From positions 1,874,317 to 1,938,316 of the forward strand of contig BFEA01000020.1 in assembly GCA_003427395.1 (NCBI GenBank): DNA of 64,000 bases, written 5' to 3'. The position numbers were made by a program, and so were the translations under genes. Numbering within the stretch: position 1 is the first letter of the stretch; the number at the start of each line of letters is the position of its first letter. The DNA comes from Chara braunii (lineage: Eukaryota; Plantae; Charophyceae). The notes beneath the pieces are model-generated. The model searched no databases, had not been told where the DNA came from, and saw only the letters and a list, made by a program, of their open reading frames with translations. This document shows positions 1 to 13,923 of the stretch, one piece after another.

Positions 1-1066
1 GTGACAGGGATCCCCACGACTGCCCAGCCCCCACGAGGCCGTGGGCTCCAAAAAAAAAAAAAAATGGGGCTTTTTGGGCCCCACTTCTAGGAAACAACGA
101 GCGGAGAATCTCCGCCGCTTATCTTCGCAGATCAGCGGCAAACGACCGCCGTGCGTGTTTTCTTAAAAATTGGGGGGCCACCAGGCCCCACATTTTGATT
201 TGGCATAGTGTGGTCCGACAGACCACGGACCAGTTATCATTGGCATGACATACTGGTCCATCCTCAGCCACGAAGGAATTACTATGGAAGAGCAGTGGCC
301 CTCCTGAGGTTATATGCTTCTGCAACATCACTAAGCTCTGGGGAAAGAGTTATGGGTTTGGGTTTCGGCTCTGTCTGAGGTGCAAGCCCAAGAATGGACC
401 TAAGCTATATTTTTCTGTCAATCTAAAGAAATGCACATGGCTCCACTACATGTATCTGGACAGACTAGCAGGCGAGATACTTTCGGACTGAGGACACTGA
501 TGACCCAGCGTATTTAAAACACAAAAACAACAGAAAACGCTCTGTATTTAAAACAAAAAAGACAAACAAAAAACGCTTTGCCTGCACGAGCTGAAACCTA
601 CACCCCTAACTTTTCGGCCATCGAGCTATACTCTGGAATTCGAAAAAGGTATAAGTTTTGGCAAAGATCCACTTCTATTGCATCTCATTCAGGCTGCAGG
701 ACTCCGACGGTCGTTGGCATAGTCCAGAGTGCCTTCTGCCACTGAATTGAAGTTCGTGGGCCACGGGGGGTCGGATAAGTAATATTGCTTACTCGACCCC
801 TCGCTCTAAAAGTGACACCTCCGTGAATATCCCAATAATATCCCCACCTACCCCTGGGGCACCCCCAAAAAAAATTGAACCTTAAAAATTTTATTACGGA
901 TTTCGACAGCTCTTGAAGAGCGCAGTCAGAATCCGCCAAAAAAAAAAAAAAAAAGAGAATTAGGCTTTATTTTTTTAAAACCGGTTTCCTGGTTCACCCC
1001 CCCGGGGCTGGTTCGGCTTCGGTTCAACCGAGCAAGTTGAACCGTCCGGTTGCCGGCCCAGCCTTG
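1..1066. mobile_element. Right end of a probable non-autonomous DNA transposon (hAT/MITE-like) inserted into the Gypsy A integrase
   Basis: Integrase homology stops abruptly near 1067 (after HYGWQIR). The sequence ends ...CCCAGCCTTG (reverse complement CAAGGCTGG) with clustered subterminal AACCG/CGGTT motifs at 978-1051 and poly-A runs. The left end lies outside the window. Confidence 0.5.
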
Positions 1067-1069
1067 TAG

Positions 1070-4000
1070 GAGAGCGGATTTACGGATCTGCCAACCGTAA
1101 TGCAACCTGTTGGGTGTCATGCCGGTGGTAGAATGGACGAAGTTGTTGTACAACCCCTTAACGGAATACAGCTCTTCATCCCATGTTTCCTGATCCGGAA
1201 TAATCAAGGCGTGGAGAAGGATCTCCTCAGCCAAACCATTGGCTTCGGGGTGTCGGTCAGATGTTATGCACAACCTGATCCCTAGTTGACACGCGAAGTC
1301 CTTCCATTCAGTACTAATGAAGCGCGAATCCCTATCGCTCACAAGAGTCTTCAGGGTTCCGAACTGCAGAATGTACTTCTGTTTGAACTCACGGATCACT
1401 AATTCTGTTGGAGCGTGAGGTGGCAAAGGGATCAGATTAAGGAACTTAGAGAATCGGTCAACAATCACCATGACTTGTGAGTAGCCGTTCTTACTTACTT
1501 TCCCCATGTCAGTGAAGTCGATGGAGACGGACTCCCCGAGACCATCGGGAATGGGAAGGGGTGTGGGTAGCCCCATGGGCTTTTGTCTGCATGGTTTGAT
1601 TCGTTGCCAGACTTGACATTCAGCCACAAACTTTTCAGCAGTCCCTTTCATGCCAGGCCAATCAAACTGTCTCAGCAGATTTGCGTACGTCTTTGCCATG
1701 CCGAAGTGTTCGCTCCGGCCATGAGCCAAATCCAGAAAGTGTGTGCGGAGAGGCTCATGGTTGGGCACACATAAGCGGTTGTGGTTCCCGTAGCGATGGA
1801 AATCAGTCCTCCATACTCGTGAAAATCAGGCTGACTGCTAGGGTCAGCCCGCAACCGCTCAAGGATGGGACTAAGCTCTGGATCCTTGGTTGTGTGCTCT
1901 ACGAGCTCCTCCTTCAGTTTCTTCCGGAGGTCATAGACTTTCACAAGGCAAGTCATGTACACGGGGTGGCGAGACAAAGCATCAACTACTCGGTTATAAC
2001 AACCCTTTTTGTGCCTTAATTCGAAGTCGTAAATGTCAATTTCATGTAACCAGCAAAGCAAGGTAGGGGACAGGGCAGGTTGCTGTTTGATCCACTTCAG
2101 ACTCTCATGATCCGAGAATACTTTGAAGTGGCGTCCCAACATATAGTGTTTCCAGTGGTCCAACGCCATACGCAAAGCATAAAGCTCGCGCATGTAGGTG
2201 GAAGTGGCGACCTTTTCGCTGGGCGTGTGTTTGTTGTAGTATTCGAGCAGCCACAAGCCATCGTTGTCATCTTGCTGCAGCACTGCGCCGATTCCATACC
2301 GACTTGCATCCGTAGTAACTACGAATGTCAGTTTGGGATCTGCAATGCGGAGTACTGGGTAACTTACCAAGGCTTCTTTCAAAGCTTGAAAGGAATTCGT
2401 GCAAGTGGTGTCCCAAGAATAGGGAACATTTTTACTTGTCAATCGTGACAATGGATGAGCAACAATGGAGAAGTGGGGCACAAACTCTCGATAGTGTGAC
2501 GCGACACCAAGAAAAGAGCGCAGTTCGCGAACGTTCACGGGCTGAGGCCAATTGCATATGACCTCAACCTTGGTTGCCTCAGGTTCTAGGCCTGCAGCAG
2601 ACAACCGATGTCCAAGATAGATGACGCTATTCTTCCCAAATTCAGATTTCTCTAGGTTGAGATGAAGTTGCGTCTTCTTGAGGATAGTGAGCACTTCCTC
2701 GAGGTGCTTGAGGTGTTCCTCCATGGATTTGCTGAAGATTAGTATATCATCGAGGCATACCACCACGAACCGACCAATCTGTTCGCGGAGGACCTTGTCC
2801 ATGAGGCTTTGGAAGGTGGCCGGTGCGTTCGTGAGACCGAAGGGCATTACGGTAAACTCATAAAGCCCATTGCGTGTTTTGAACACAATCTTGTGCTGGT
2901 CCGCAAGATCAACTTCAATCTGGTGGTAGCCAGACTTGAGATCGATCTTGGAAAAGACCTTGCACCCACTTGCGGCATCAAGCAAGTCATCTATGCGGGG
3001 CAATGGATAGACGTTTTTTCTTGTGATGCGGTTTAGACCGCGATAGTTAATACATATGCGAAGCTTGCCTCCTTTCTTCGGAACAAATAAAATAGGAGCA
3101 CCAAATTCAGACTCGCTAGGCTTGATCCACCCTTTGTCAATCATTTCATCAATCTGTCGTCGGAGTTCCTCCAACTCGCCGGGTCCCATTCAGTATACGC
3201 AGCCCTTTGGAGGAACAACACCCTTGACCAACTCGATGGTGTGTCGGACCGATCGCATGGGGACTGCACGTGGCTCGACCAGAACTTCTGGGAACCGATC
3301 GAGTAGGTTTTGGATGTTTGGTGGAACCGGTGGGGGAGGAGGATCAGCAAAGGGATCACCTAGGTCAGGTCGCAAGTCGCAAATAGAGGCAACCGAATCT
3401 GAAGTAGGGTCATTTGGACTAGTAGAAGGTAGAGAAGTAGAGGTGCTAGAAGTACAATCACTAGCGGAAGTAGTAGTGGTATTAACCACAACAGTAGATG
3501 GCACATGGGTAGGACGACCAAAGGCAACATAAAATTGTTCGTCCTCTTTGTGCTTGCGACATTTCTTCCAGAACTTCATAGCATTCAAAAAAGTCACTGG
3601 GGACTCGTGCTTCTCATCCAAGAGGACGGGAATCTCGTTCCCTTGAGCATCTTTGACCATGAAAAGCGACTCCTTCCAATTGGTCCATTCGCATTGGGAC
3701 TGCAGCCAGCCCAAGCCAAGGACAGCGTCGAAGGGGCACTTGTCAAGGACATAGAAGTTCAACGCGTGGGTGACAGTTTTGTCCTTGTCAAAGGTAGTGT
3801 GCACACCTTTGACTGCATGCGTAGAAGAGACAACTTCTTTGTTGCCAACTTGGGTTCGACAAGGGTTCTTCAAGGCCACTTGCTTCATTCCCAAGCCCAC
3901 TTTGCGTATCCCATGAGGTGATATAAAGTTAGCCGTAGCACCACAGTCAATCAAGACACGGTGATAGCGGTGGTTTATGAGAAGTTTGAAGAAGATCAAC

Positions 4001-4113
4001 TTCACTGTCCCTTGGGCACGCTGCTGTTTCATCTCAGCCCAATGCTCCGAGTGGTAGTGGAAGTCGACCGTCCCAAACTCCTCCCAAGGCTCGACATACA
4101 AAACATTACACAC
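1070..4113 (-). pseudogene. pol: pol of Gypsy A: protease, RT, RNase H, integrase
   Basis: Protease LIDCGATANFI. RT motifs YPLPRIDDLLD, KIDLKSGYHQI, MPFGLTNAPATFQ and CLDD (mutated YLDD). RNase H TTDASRYGIGAVL. Integrase H..HFG..C and IVDRFSK/SDRD. In-frame TGA at 3190 and a frameshift near 1800. Confidence 0.95.
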
Positions 4114-4211
4114 TTCAGCCTTGGTTTCAGCAGATGATTGGGCTTCAAGGGAGGACTGCTGATTTGCATCGGATTCAGTCTCCCTTGCTGTAGAGTGTGC
4201 TGAAATCGACT

Positions 4212-5800
4212 CTACGCCCGGGTCTGGTTTCCCTGCAGCCTATAGCAATCCTGTACCTTATGATTCGGTTTCTGGCAATGCAGGCATACCCCCTTCTTGA
4301 GTCTACCCGGCCAATCATTCTCAGTGATCCGGAGACCGACCCACGGTTTAGTGGCCGCATCCTCCGACTTTGCTGGGATTTTGACTCCCTTGGGAAGTTG
4401 GACGTAGTTATTCCCTGCATTCCAATTCGGTCCCCTTGCATTGGCAGTCTTTTTAAAGGCATTAAATTTTTCCTCTTCTTGGTTTACATCAGATTCATGG
4501 GCTGAAGAACAGGCTGTATCAGTGTCCTGTTCTTGGTTGTCACCAAGAGTGGGGTCATCTGCATCGGCCTCCTCTTCAACCTCCAACAGGTCATGCACAA
4601 CAAAACGACTGTTGCCTTTGAACCGTCTGCCGCCCATGGGCTGTTTGCTGCCTGCTGTGGAGACGAGGTCTATCGCCTCGAGACTAACTATGTCCTTCAT
4701 CAGAGTGAACCAGTCAGTGTACCCAATGAAGTCCCTGCATAGGCGATTTGTGAAACTGGTGGGAACCGCGCCTTTGACCACATCCAAGCAAGATTGATCA
4801 GTTAGTTCTAATCCGGGTGTAGCAAACATCTTGCTGCGGTAAGTCTGGAGGCTTTTCATGGAGCCCATCCACTTGCTGCGTTTGATTTTATCAAGTTGGC
4901 TTCTTGTCCTTGCTGCAGCATGTGGATCCATATATTGCGCAATGAGGAGTTCCTCGAGGGAGGCAACCGGGGTGGCCTTAAGCCACCTTGTTAGTTCTAT
5001 TTTGGGAACCCCAGCTCGCGTAGCTTGGACTTCTAGGCAGCCCCACACAACCGGCTCGAGATTCATTCCCATAATCACGGACTGGGTCTTGGGTTGAGTC
5101 CCTAGAACTCCGAAGTATGCCCTCATGGAGCTGATCCAGGATTCAATGTCCTCTTTGCCGTCATACTTAGACAGTATTTGCACCGCCTTTCGGCCCACAT
5201 AGGGACCGGCGTAGCTGGGCCCAACACCTGCTGGTTCAGATCTTGGGGCTGCAGCAGTTGCAGATTTCCTGCCCCGTTGCTTGTCACAACAACAGCGGAA
5301 TCTGCACCTGTTGCAGGTCCCGAGGGGTTTGCCATCACACTAAAGGAAGAAGTAGAAGAAGATACGGTAAGAGGGGCAAGGTTAGTTACAATTGCAGCTC
5401 TGGAACCAGGGGGCAGAGGAAGAGGATTGGTCGCTTGGGCTTGTCGCAGTGCAACAACCTCTACTATCAAGTCACGGTACTTGTCGGTCATCTCAGTCAG
5501 ATCCTCCTGAAGTGTCCGCAATTTTGCGAAGACGTCGGCGATCTGAGTGGTATGATCTTAAAGGCTCATGACTTTGACGATAGCGGTGAGTATGGACTGC
5601 AGTTGTTCCCCACACTGCTCTTTGGTCAGCGAGGGGACAGTTTCCAAGATGGCCTCCTGACTTTTCAGCAGCAATTCCTTCCTCTCGTTCTTGTTCCCTT
5701 TTGATGGCACTATCTAGGAGTGCTTGCAGATACGGTTTCTCTGCATCCCTGGTTGCATCTAACAGGGTCTTCCATTGGACTGAGGTTAGTTGTGGATGGG
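4212..5800 (-). pseudogene. gag: gag of Gypsy A (frameshifted)
   Basis: ORFs 5123-5521 and 4212-5198. Capsid-like KYDGKEDIESWISSM and C-terminal zinc knuckle CLHCQKPNHKVQDC. The upstream limit is approximate. Confidence 0.85.
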
Positions 5801-7326
5801 CCATTTTCGGACCGTTGTCGTCGGCAGGTGGATCGGAGAGACGCCAATCAGCAAAAGAATCAATCAGACTCTCAAGAGGTACACTCCCCTTTTCGCTTGG
5901 ACGAACACTTCGTTTCCTAGTCCTTGCCCACCCCAGACGATCACTCTCCCTCTCTTCCTTTTCTCTCTCCCTCCTCTCTCTCTCTTCTTTCTGGTTGCGA
6001 GTCTCCACGGACATCGGAAATGGACTCAGAGAAACAAACTGAAAAGCTCAGAGAAGAGAAGGTAGAACTCCGAGCCCGAGCAGCATTTGAACTTAGAGAG
6101 CAACAAACCAAAGAAAAGCAAACAAATTCACATGAGAGGTCTGATCCAGCGACCCAGTCTGATCAGACTGCATACGAGGTCCTCTCGAGTCCATTCTGAC
6201 CAGCTCCGTGATTGTGTAGCAAATCAAACAACGAGTGACTAAATGCAACAATGGAGAATTGAGTGGTGTACAGGGTGCGAGTCAAGCCACGGACGATGTA
6301 ATCCAAAAGCATGCAAAACGTCTCAGTCGAGATCCCCTTGGCAGTGGGTGTCCTAATCCAAGAAGAATGAACTTCGTATCTCAGTCAGGAAGACAATGGA
6401 CTGATGCCTAGCAGATTTGGGTCCAAAGGGCTCTTCTTGTTTGGGCCCGGTCCCACTGGTCCCAGAGGTCCCATGTAGGCCGCGACCAGGTCCCAACCAA
6501 GAGGAGTCCCACATGGACTCAGTTCAGTTTTTACCGCACTAAAAAACGAAATTTCAACTTCCGGCAGAATCTACACACGACAACCGTTCAGAGATGAAAA
6601 GACAAAGCATTGTAGAAAGACTCGGCATTCAGATCAAGATACTTTATTTTCCATCCATCCGGTGAGTAGGTAGCTCACATGCATTCAATCACACAACCAA
6701 GACCACAGAGGAGTAGGAAAAGAAACCCAGAGTAAACCCAGCAGGACAATCCATACCATGCACACATACATGGGCATCCCGTAGGTGCACGACACTTACC
6801 TGAGTGGCCTTGAGCTTCGAGATGAATAGAACTCACCCCCCTCTCACGTGATCCTCCTGACCCCTCTAACGCTACCCCTACACTAGTGTCCTATCTCCTA
6901 GGAGGGTCTGACTCCAACACCAAAGTGCAACGTCGGATCCCCCGTCGATGCTGAAGAACAAAGTAGCAACTTGCAGCCCGTAGATGCTGAGTGGCCGCTG
7001 ACCCTCAAGCTCGCCTACTTCAGGGCAGCCCTTAAGTTGCCAAGTGTCTCCCTTGAATCAGATTCCAGGTGCGAGTGCCTCTCACTGTCGCCTCTCTCAA
7101 ATTGCCGCATGAAGTCTCCTCGAAATGTCTCGCCACCCTAATCTCACTCTCAAGCAACCTGGTTAGGCTTAATGTCGACCCCACATGACCGAACCAGGCG
7201 GGGGCAGCTTCCCTTAGCCACGCTGGACCACTTCCCTTACATCCAACCCTAACCCTAAGTGTTGCCCTCAACCACTTAGGTTAGGGTCAGGGCAGCAAAG
7301 TCAACTCTCACCAGCAAGTAGAATCT

Positions 7327-7338
7327 GCTCTGATACCA
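7327..7338 (-). promoter_or_regulatory. Primer-binding site (tRNA-iMet)
   Basis: Minus strand TGGTATCAGAGC, 1 nt after the LTR end ...TCATAACA. Confidence 0.9.
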
Positions 7339-7339
7339 A

Positions 7340-8708
7340 TGTTATGATCCTGGCCAATTTCGAGATACACATTCATCAGATAGTACAATGCTGTCCAATT
7401 GCAGAAAGAAATGAACGAACTTGAGAGGAGAGAAAAGGTCAGAAGAAGAAGAAGAAGTAAGAAAGAAGAAGAAGATGATGTACACCAGCACAGACAAACG
7501 ATAAAGCTCTTCTTCTTCGCTCAACCCTCNNNNNNNNNNNNNNNNNNNNNNNNNNNNNNNNNNNNNNNNNNNNNNNNNNNNNNNNNNNNNNNNNNNNNNN
7601 NNNNNNNNNNNNNNNNNNNNNNNNNNNNNNNNNNNNNNNNNNNNNNNNNNNNNNNNNNNNNNNNNNNNNNNNNNNNNNNNNNNNNNNNNNNNNNNNNNNN
7701 NNNNNNNNNNNNNNNNNNNNNNNNNNNNNNNNNNNNNNNNNNNNNNNNNNNNNNNNNNNNNNNNNNNNNNNNNNNNNNNNNNNNNNNNNNNNNNNNNNNN
7801 NNNNNNNNNCAGATGCCCAAAGGACAACCCAAAGCAGCTATGACTGCTCTAGCTCAGGCCGCCATGCCTGACCCTGCCTCTAAGCTTCTTGGTGTAGCTC
7901 TCCCCAGTTGGGAACTCCCTGCTGCAGCGCCCACCAAGGTGATGAAGATGGATGCCACCATAGCCAGGTAAGTACCCCTGGCGCTCCTCCCCCTTCCTGT
8001 CCTTCTTCCTCCTTCGTGTCCTTCTCCTTCCCCCAGCAGCGCTGCTCGGGATAGCGCTGCTCCAGCCGGCGCTCCAACCAGTGTGTCGCCAAACTTGCAC
8101 ACCAAGGTTGAGACCGGGCTTTTTGCCCGGCTGGGAGATATAGCGGCCTGCTTGCCTCTTCGGGCGGTGACTTCCAGGCCGCTCGGCCTTCCAAGCAACC
8201 GGTACCTCCTCCCTTTCGAAGGGAAACATCATTGCAGACTCTGATATTGCCCGTACAGGCCCTAGACCCAGACTGGTTGAACTGGTACCCCCCTAGACCT
8301 ATCCTACAACTACTGGGCCTCTAAAAATGCCACTTTTGTCTTCTTCTGCTCGGCCTCCAGTAGCCGCACATCTACCTCTTCAAGGTGTGGTACCGGCCTA
8401 CCCGCTACTTGAGTGTTTTTCCCGCTGCAATCCCTGAATGTCACGGCCACATGTAAGTACCGGCCCTGAGGGCCCAATGAACGAGCTAGTGCCCTTGCGG
8501 GCCACACACACACTCAAGCCAACCAGCACTCAGACAGGCACGGCCACACACCCACTCAAGCCAACCAGCACTCAGACAGACATGCAGTCCAGCAACCATG
8601 CACACACAGACTTAGTAGCAGGCGGGAAACTCAGCAAGGCATTCAGTCTATGGGCAAAACTCGGAAATCAGCCGTGTGTTTCAGTCCATGTTTGGACGGG
8701 TCATCACA
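7340..8708 (-). repeat. 5' LTR of Gypsy A (LTR family A)
   Basis: Minus-strand termini TGTGATGA...TCATAACA next to the PBS. Homologous to 21060-23307 (inverted) and to about 56820-57087. Contains an N gap. Confidence 0.85.
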
Positions 8709-8938
8709 TTATAGTTTTGCACATTTGGTGGGTAGTGGAGGGAAGCCCTGAAAATCATGTGGTGAGTTTGGCCTGCCACTGCCCAGATCATCATGTGCTC
8801 AGTGGTCCCAGAACTACTGAAACGCGGACCTTAATGTGAATCTACACCATATATAGTTGGCGTGCTGCTGCTCATTTCAATGTGTTTGAGAACAACCTCT
8901 TTCAGGACAAGGACCTTGCTAATTATCTGCAGTGGCCG

Positions 8939-8976
8939 CAGGGGGTTTCTGATCAATGTCGAAGGGCTATTTGTTT

Positions 8977-9022
<46 letters not shown>

Positions 9023-9201
9023 GTGCGCGCGCGCGTGTGCTGAGTTTTCACATATCCCAGCCGCTGTTCTTTTTTCTTTTTCTTTCTCGTGCACAGGGGG
9101 GTCACGCGCAGCGCACTGCGGCCCGGACCGCATGGCGCACCGCACACTTGCCCCGCAGATATGCGTTTTTCTCTCCTTTTTTTTTTTTAACACACCCCCT
9201 G
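8939..9201. mobile_element. Small MITE-like element with CAGGGGGT terminal inverted repeats
   Basis: CAGGGGGT at 8939 and ACCCCCTG at 9194-9201, with internal (CT)n and T tracts. The flanks share only CAGTG (imperfect TSD). Confidence 0.5.
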
Positions 9202-9755
9202 CAGTGCTAGTGGTACTGGTAGAAGCAGATACCAGTAGCACCCGGGAGAGGCTCCATCTATTGGTGGGGAACATCACCTGCTGGAAAACGGGTCCAGCAT
9301 CCCATATACAGAGTGAATCTAGAAGATCTGGAAAATACCAGGAAGGGAGGTAAAGGGCAGCATGCCAGCATTGATTACTCTGGAAACCAGCGGATTGACT
9401 GTGCAGGTTTGTAAGAAAAGGATTTAAGAAAAGGAGTCCCCAAATACCCTGACCCACATACCAGGGAAAACAATGGATAAGCATTTCCGGGGGGCACCAG
9501 GAGAACAGCATTACAGAGACATCTCTTCAGCCCTGATCCGGTTGCCAGATTAAACACTTCTTCCTGATGTGACTGCGCTGCCTACTCTAAATCTGAAGAA
9601 AACCACCCATGGCACAGACTCGCAAGGACTCGGAGCTGTTGCAGGGTGGCACCGGAGGTGATTCTTGACCGACGGGCAGGGGGGTTTTCAGAATAGAGTC
9701 TCGACTTAGGATAGTGGGTGAGGGGGGAAGGGGTCCGGGAAATCACAAGGGGCTC

Positions 9756-12700
9756 TCATAGCGAACGAGGGCTCAAAATTAGTCCAATCATTAAACTCCA
9801 GGCGGTAGTCCCTGGGGGGCCCCTGTCCAGCCCTGGTCTGTCCTCTTGGTTGATCCCCTCCCCACTGTACCTTAGATACCCATCCCCCCCGTCCCCCCCA
9901 AGCCAGTCTGTACAAAAGGCCGTGAGGGCCCGCTTAATATCCCGGTCCGTTTGAAAGGTATCCATCTGTTTTTTCAAGTCATACCATCTACGCAGCAGTT
10001 CCACCTGGACCTGTTCCTTGATCTGTTCTATGAATTCCCCGTCCGCCACTCTAACTTTTTCCGGGTTGAGAAGGCAACGCTGCCACCACAGGGCCCAGAG
10101 GACTGTTCTTCTTCCAAGACTGAACCAGTTTCTGGTAAAGGAGGGTGTGGTAGCCATTTCAGGACAGTGTCCAGTCAGAATTGCTCGCCAAGACCATGGC
10201 CAAGGTGTATCCGGCATCATCTTGCGCCACAGTCTGTCCCACAAGCACCACGTCAGTACGCCCACCGGACACTGCATGAAGATGTGTTCGATGGTCTCAT
10301 TCCATTTTCGTGAGGGGAAGGCCGTGAGGCACCATTGACACCAGGGTAGTGCAACACCTTTCTGCTCCAGATGAGTGTGGTCGATTAACCAGGCGTTTGT
10401 GGGGAGGCAGCGATGGGCGATCAGCCACTGTAATGAAGTAAATTTAGACGACTGGGCTTTATTTTAACTCAACCATTTGATGGGCGTGACGAGGGCCCGG
10501 TCCACATTAAGATGTATGGCCCACCTGTCGTTTATCTGATCCCTCAATTGCCTCTTTAGGCGGACCATCTTGTATGTGGTTTTGACCGACAAATTCTGAA
10601 GGTAGATCTCCTTGGTTGGCCCATTCGTTGGTCTGCCTGCAGGCCCAGTCACCGGTTTCCTGGCAAGCTGCCATTTCCATTCTAAGGGGTCCAAAGCCAG
10701 CTCCTGAACGGGGGACTGGGGCTGAAAAACAAAAAGATCAGTGTCATCTCCTAGCACCCGTACACGGAAGACCTCCTCCCTGTCCCGCCATTCGAAAGGA
10801 TTGCGGGAGCCCCTCAGCTGGTTTGTCGGCCCAATTGAATAGTATTCCACCAGTACGTCTGTGTCTCGAAGTTGGTGGACGCTGCCAATCATGTGCGGCT
10901 TCCCCCGCAGGCCAACCCAATCACCCTCCCGGAGGGTAGGACCCCGTCGCAGTATTCTATACCATGCCAGTGGGATAGCGTCAGTGATCATGTCCAGGTG
11001 ATTGTCTATGTGGTGGCAGTATCGGAGTTCGTCCCGTAGTTGCACTGCTGTCTTCCAATCTTTTCTTCCGGCGGGGCCAAACGGCCTATATGTTCCAGGG
11101 TCAGAATCCGCCAGGGGCAGTGAGTGAAAAAAAACAGTTTTTTTTTATCCATTGGAGGCGGAGGGCCCGTACTTGCGTTTGGTGGTCAATGATACCCAAG
11201 CCTCCCCCTTTCTTTGGTTGAGTCATCGAATCCCATGCTACCCGGTTGAGCACGTTTGCCCAGTCGTCATCACCCCGCCACAAAAAAAGTTGCTACCCTG
11301 GCCCTGAGAGTCTGATATGCAATCTTGCTTAGTGGCCAGAGGACCGATTTGTACCACAATGTGGCAAAAACTACGTTGTTGATCGCTAGTGCTCGTCCCA
11401 AAAGCAAGGTGTGTTTGTTTCGCCATTTGGACATCTTGGCCAGGGCTGGTGCACTGATCCATTCCTCATTTAAAGGTGGCCGTCCGCAAGCCGACATGGA
11501 CACCCCCAGGATCCGCAACGGGGCTTCCAAAGGAAGCCATCGTATGTGGGGAGTGTCAGGTGGTCTCCCCCCTTGATGGTGGATCCACCACCCTTGGGTC
11601 TTGCTTCCCCAATTTACGGCCATGTCCGAGACATTTGCAAAGCGTTTCATCAACCGTCTCACTTCTTCCATATTTCCTTGTGTGGTGTCGACCATGATGG
11701 TTAGGTCATCCGCAAACAGTGAGCATATTGGTATGGCTTCCTCCAGGATCCGAGATATGTTTATTCTAGATAGATCCTTATTTGCCCTCAGGTTGGCGGT
11801 TAGAGCCTCCATAACGATAAGAAAAAGAAAGGGCGCAATAGGATCTCCCTAACGCACCGACCTTTCCAATTTTATTGGCGGAGCCAGGGACCCATTGATA
11901 TGTACCCTTGTGGTGGCATTCTGGTGTAGTATCCTTATCCAACGACGAAAGACCGGTCCGAAGCCCAATTTTTCTAGGCACTTCTCCAAAAATAGCCAAT
12001 CTACGCGATTATAGGCTTTTTCAATATCGATGAAGATAAAGGTCGCGTTTTTCTTCGATTGACGAGTTAGCTGCACCATTTCGTGAATTAAAAGGATATT
12101 TTCGTGAATATGTATGTGTTGCATGAAGCCCGTCTGAGATGGGTGTATCAGCTCCTCTAGAACTGGGATCATTCGGTTTGCCAATGCTTTTGCCACCATC
12201 TTATAGGTAACCATCAAAAGGGTGATGGGGCGGTAGTTCCGAAGGTTCATTTTATCTCCTTTTTTGTAGAGGAGAGACGACACCCCTTGGCCAACCAATT
12301 CCCCCATATCTCTTGAACGCCATACTTCTGCGTAATAATCTATTAAATCCGAACTCAACTGGTTCCATGTTGTTTCCCAAAATTCCTTTGGGAGGCCATC
12401 TAGTCCAAGAGTTTTCTCCTCCTCCATTTGCAGCAAGGTCGTCCATATCTCTTCTTTTGAAAGGGGTGCCTCTAAGTTATCCCTTTGCTCCGGGGCGAGC
12501 GTTTTGGTCATCGGTTGCAGGAAATCCTCAATCTTTCGCAAACGGGGTTCTTCCTCAATGGGGGGAATATGTGAGGCAAACAAGTCTTTGAAAAAATCGC
12601 GGGCTATTTTGACGCAGCCAGCCGTGGTGAGGATGGGGTTCTCCTCTGTTCTCTCCAGGTCGTACAGGGCTTCTATTACATTGCGCTTAGATCTGGCTTG

Positions 12701-13923
12701 GGCAAGCCCAAAGAATTTGGAGTCCATCGTGCCTTCAGTAGAGTGTTGGGTTAGCTTCCCTCGGATTCTTGCACCTTGCCACCTATACTGAGCCTGTTGG
12801 AAAAGTTCAGCTTTAACCTTGTTAATGGATTGAATATGTTGCTCTGCCATAAGCGGGTTGTGTTGCCAGTCCAACTCGCGTTGTTTTAGCTCTTGGAGTT
12901 GCTGCATCAGGTCGATCTCATGTTGGTGTCGCTGTCTAGCGAATTGCTTAGAGAATTCGTCACATTTTTTGGCCAGAAAGAAGAGTCCATTGCTGAACCA
13001 TGCCCATACCTGGGCCAAATACTGCTGGAATGCGGTGAGCCGTAGCAAAGAAGTGTTTAGTTTATAGAAACCAGGCCCTTGGTCCGGCCTTTTCCTGAAA
13101 GTCAATGCCACCATGCACATCTTGTGGTCCAAACCCGGGTATGGGCTGGCGGGGAGGATGGCTGCCAAAGAGAGGTTTCCCGCTACTGCCTCCGATGCCA
13201 GAATCAAATCGATTCGTGACTTGGAGAGTCTGGCAGGATTGGTGTTACAGATACACGTGAAAGTGCGGTCAGTGGGAAATGTACGACGGAATGTGTCAAA
13301 GAGTGAGAGTGAATCGCACAAGTGGTTGATCATGGCCTCGTCCTCCTCTGAATTTCTTGCCATGGAGGGGGGGACTTGCCAACGGTCCAGCCAAGGTCAG
13401 GGGCCGCAGTGAAATCCCGTGCTAAGACCATCGGGATACCTTGTGGGATCTTTGCCTGGATCCTGCCGAAGAACTCCTCCCGCTCAGAAACCGTATTGGG
13501 GGCGTAGATACAAAAGATACAAATTACTTCTAATTCTAGCACCCCCAAAATTGAAACCCATCTCCGTTCTTCTGTATCCTGTTTCGAGTGCGGCACCTCC
13601 AGTCGGGAGTTCGGTGGGATCCAAATGGTTGTCCCCGATCTTGCGTGGCCAGGCACATGGGTGCGGTAAGCTTCAAAGGGCCAAACCACTTTGTGGGCTC
13701 TATGGTGTTCAGGGATGTCCATCAAGTGGGTTTCTTGGATGCAGATCGCGTCCGGCCAGGTACGCCCCCCGACCCCTCGAAGCAGATCCCAGATCGCCTG
13801 GGATTTGTCGGGATTAAGGGTGGCCAACCCGTTGACATTAGGGGATCTCAGGTCAAGGCCCACACTCCTAAGGGTGTTGAGCCAAGCTCGATTGCGTCCG
13901 TATAACGCTTCTATCCAATCCAT
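9756..13923 (-). pseudogene. LINE-1 ORF2 (APE endonuclease + reverse transcriptase), multiple frameshifts
   Basis: NVNGL, CIQETH, IYAPN, SRIDLIL, DHK, GLDGLP, NYRPITLL, QTGF, DIEKAYNRVDW, LFADD and KKGGGLGI motifs across ORFs 13330-13923, 11849-13363, 11270-11812, 11101-11283, 10464-11045 and 9756-10277. Confidence 0.92.

Larger units (their letters stand above)
1067..8708 (-). mobile_element. Ty3/Gypsy LTR retrotransposon A (5' LTR, PBS, gag, PR-RT-RH-INT), decayed, 3' part interrupted
   Basis: Domain order PR-RT-RH-INT, a tRNA-iMet PBS and a TG...CA LTR. Contains internal stops and frameshifts. Confidence 0.95.

Noticed and set aside
8709-9600. Possible coding remnant around the small MITE
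   Set aside because: No recognisable motif, and stops in the candidate frames.
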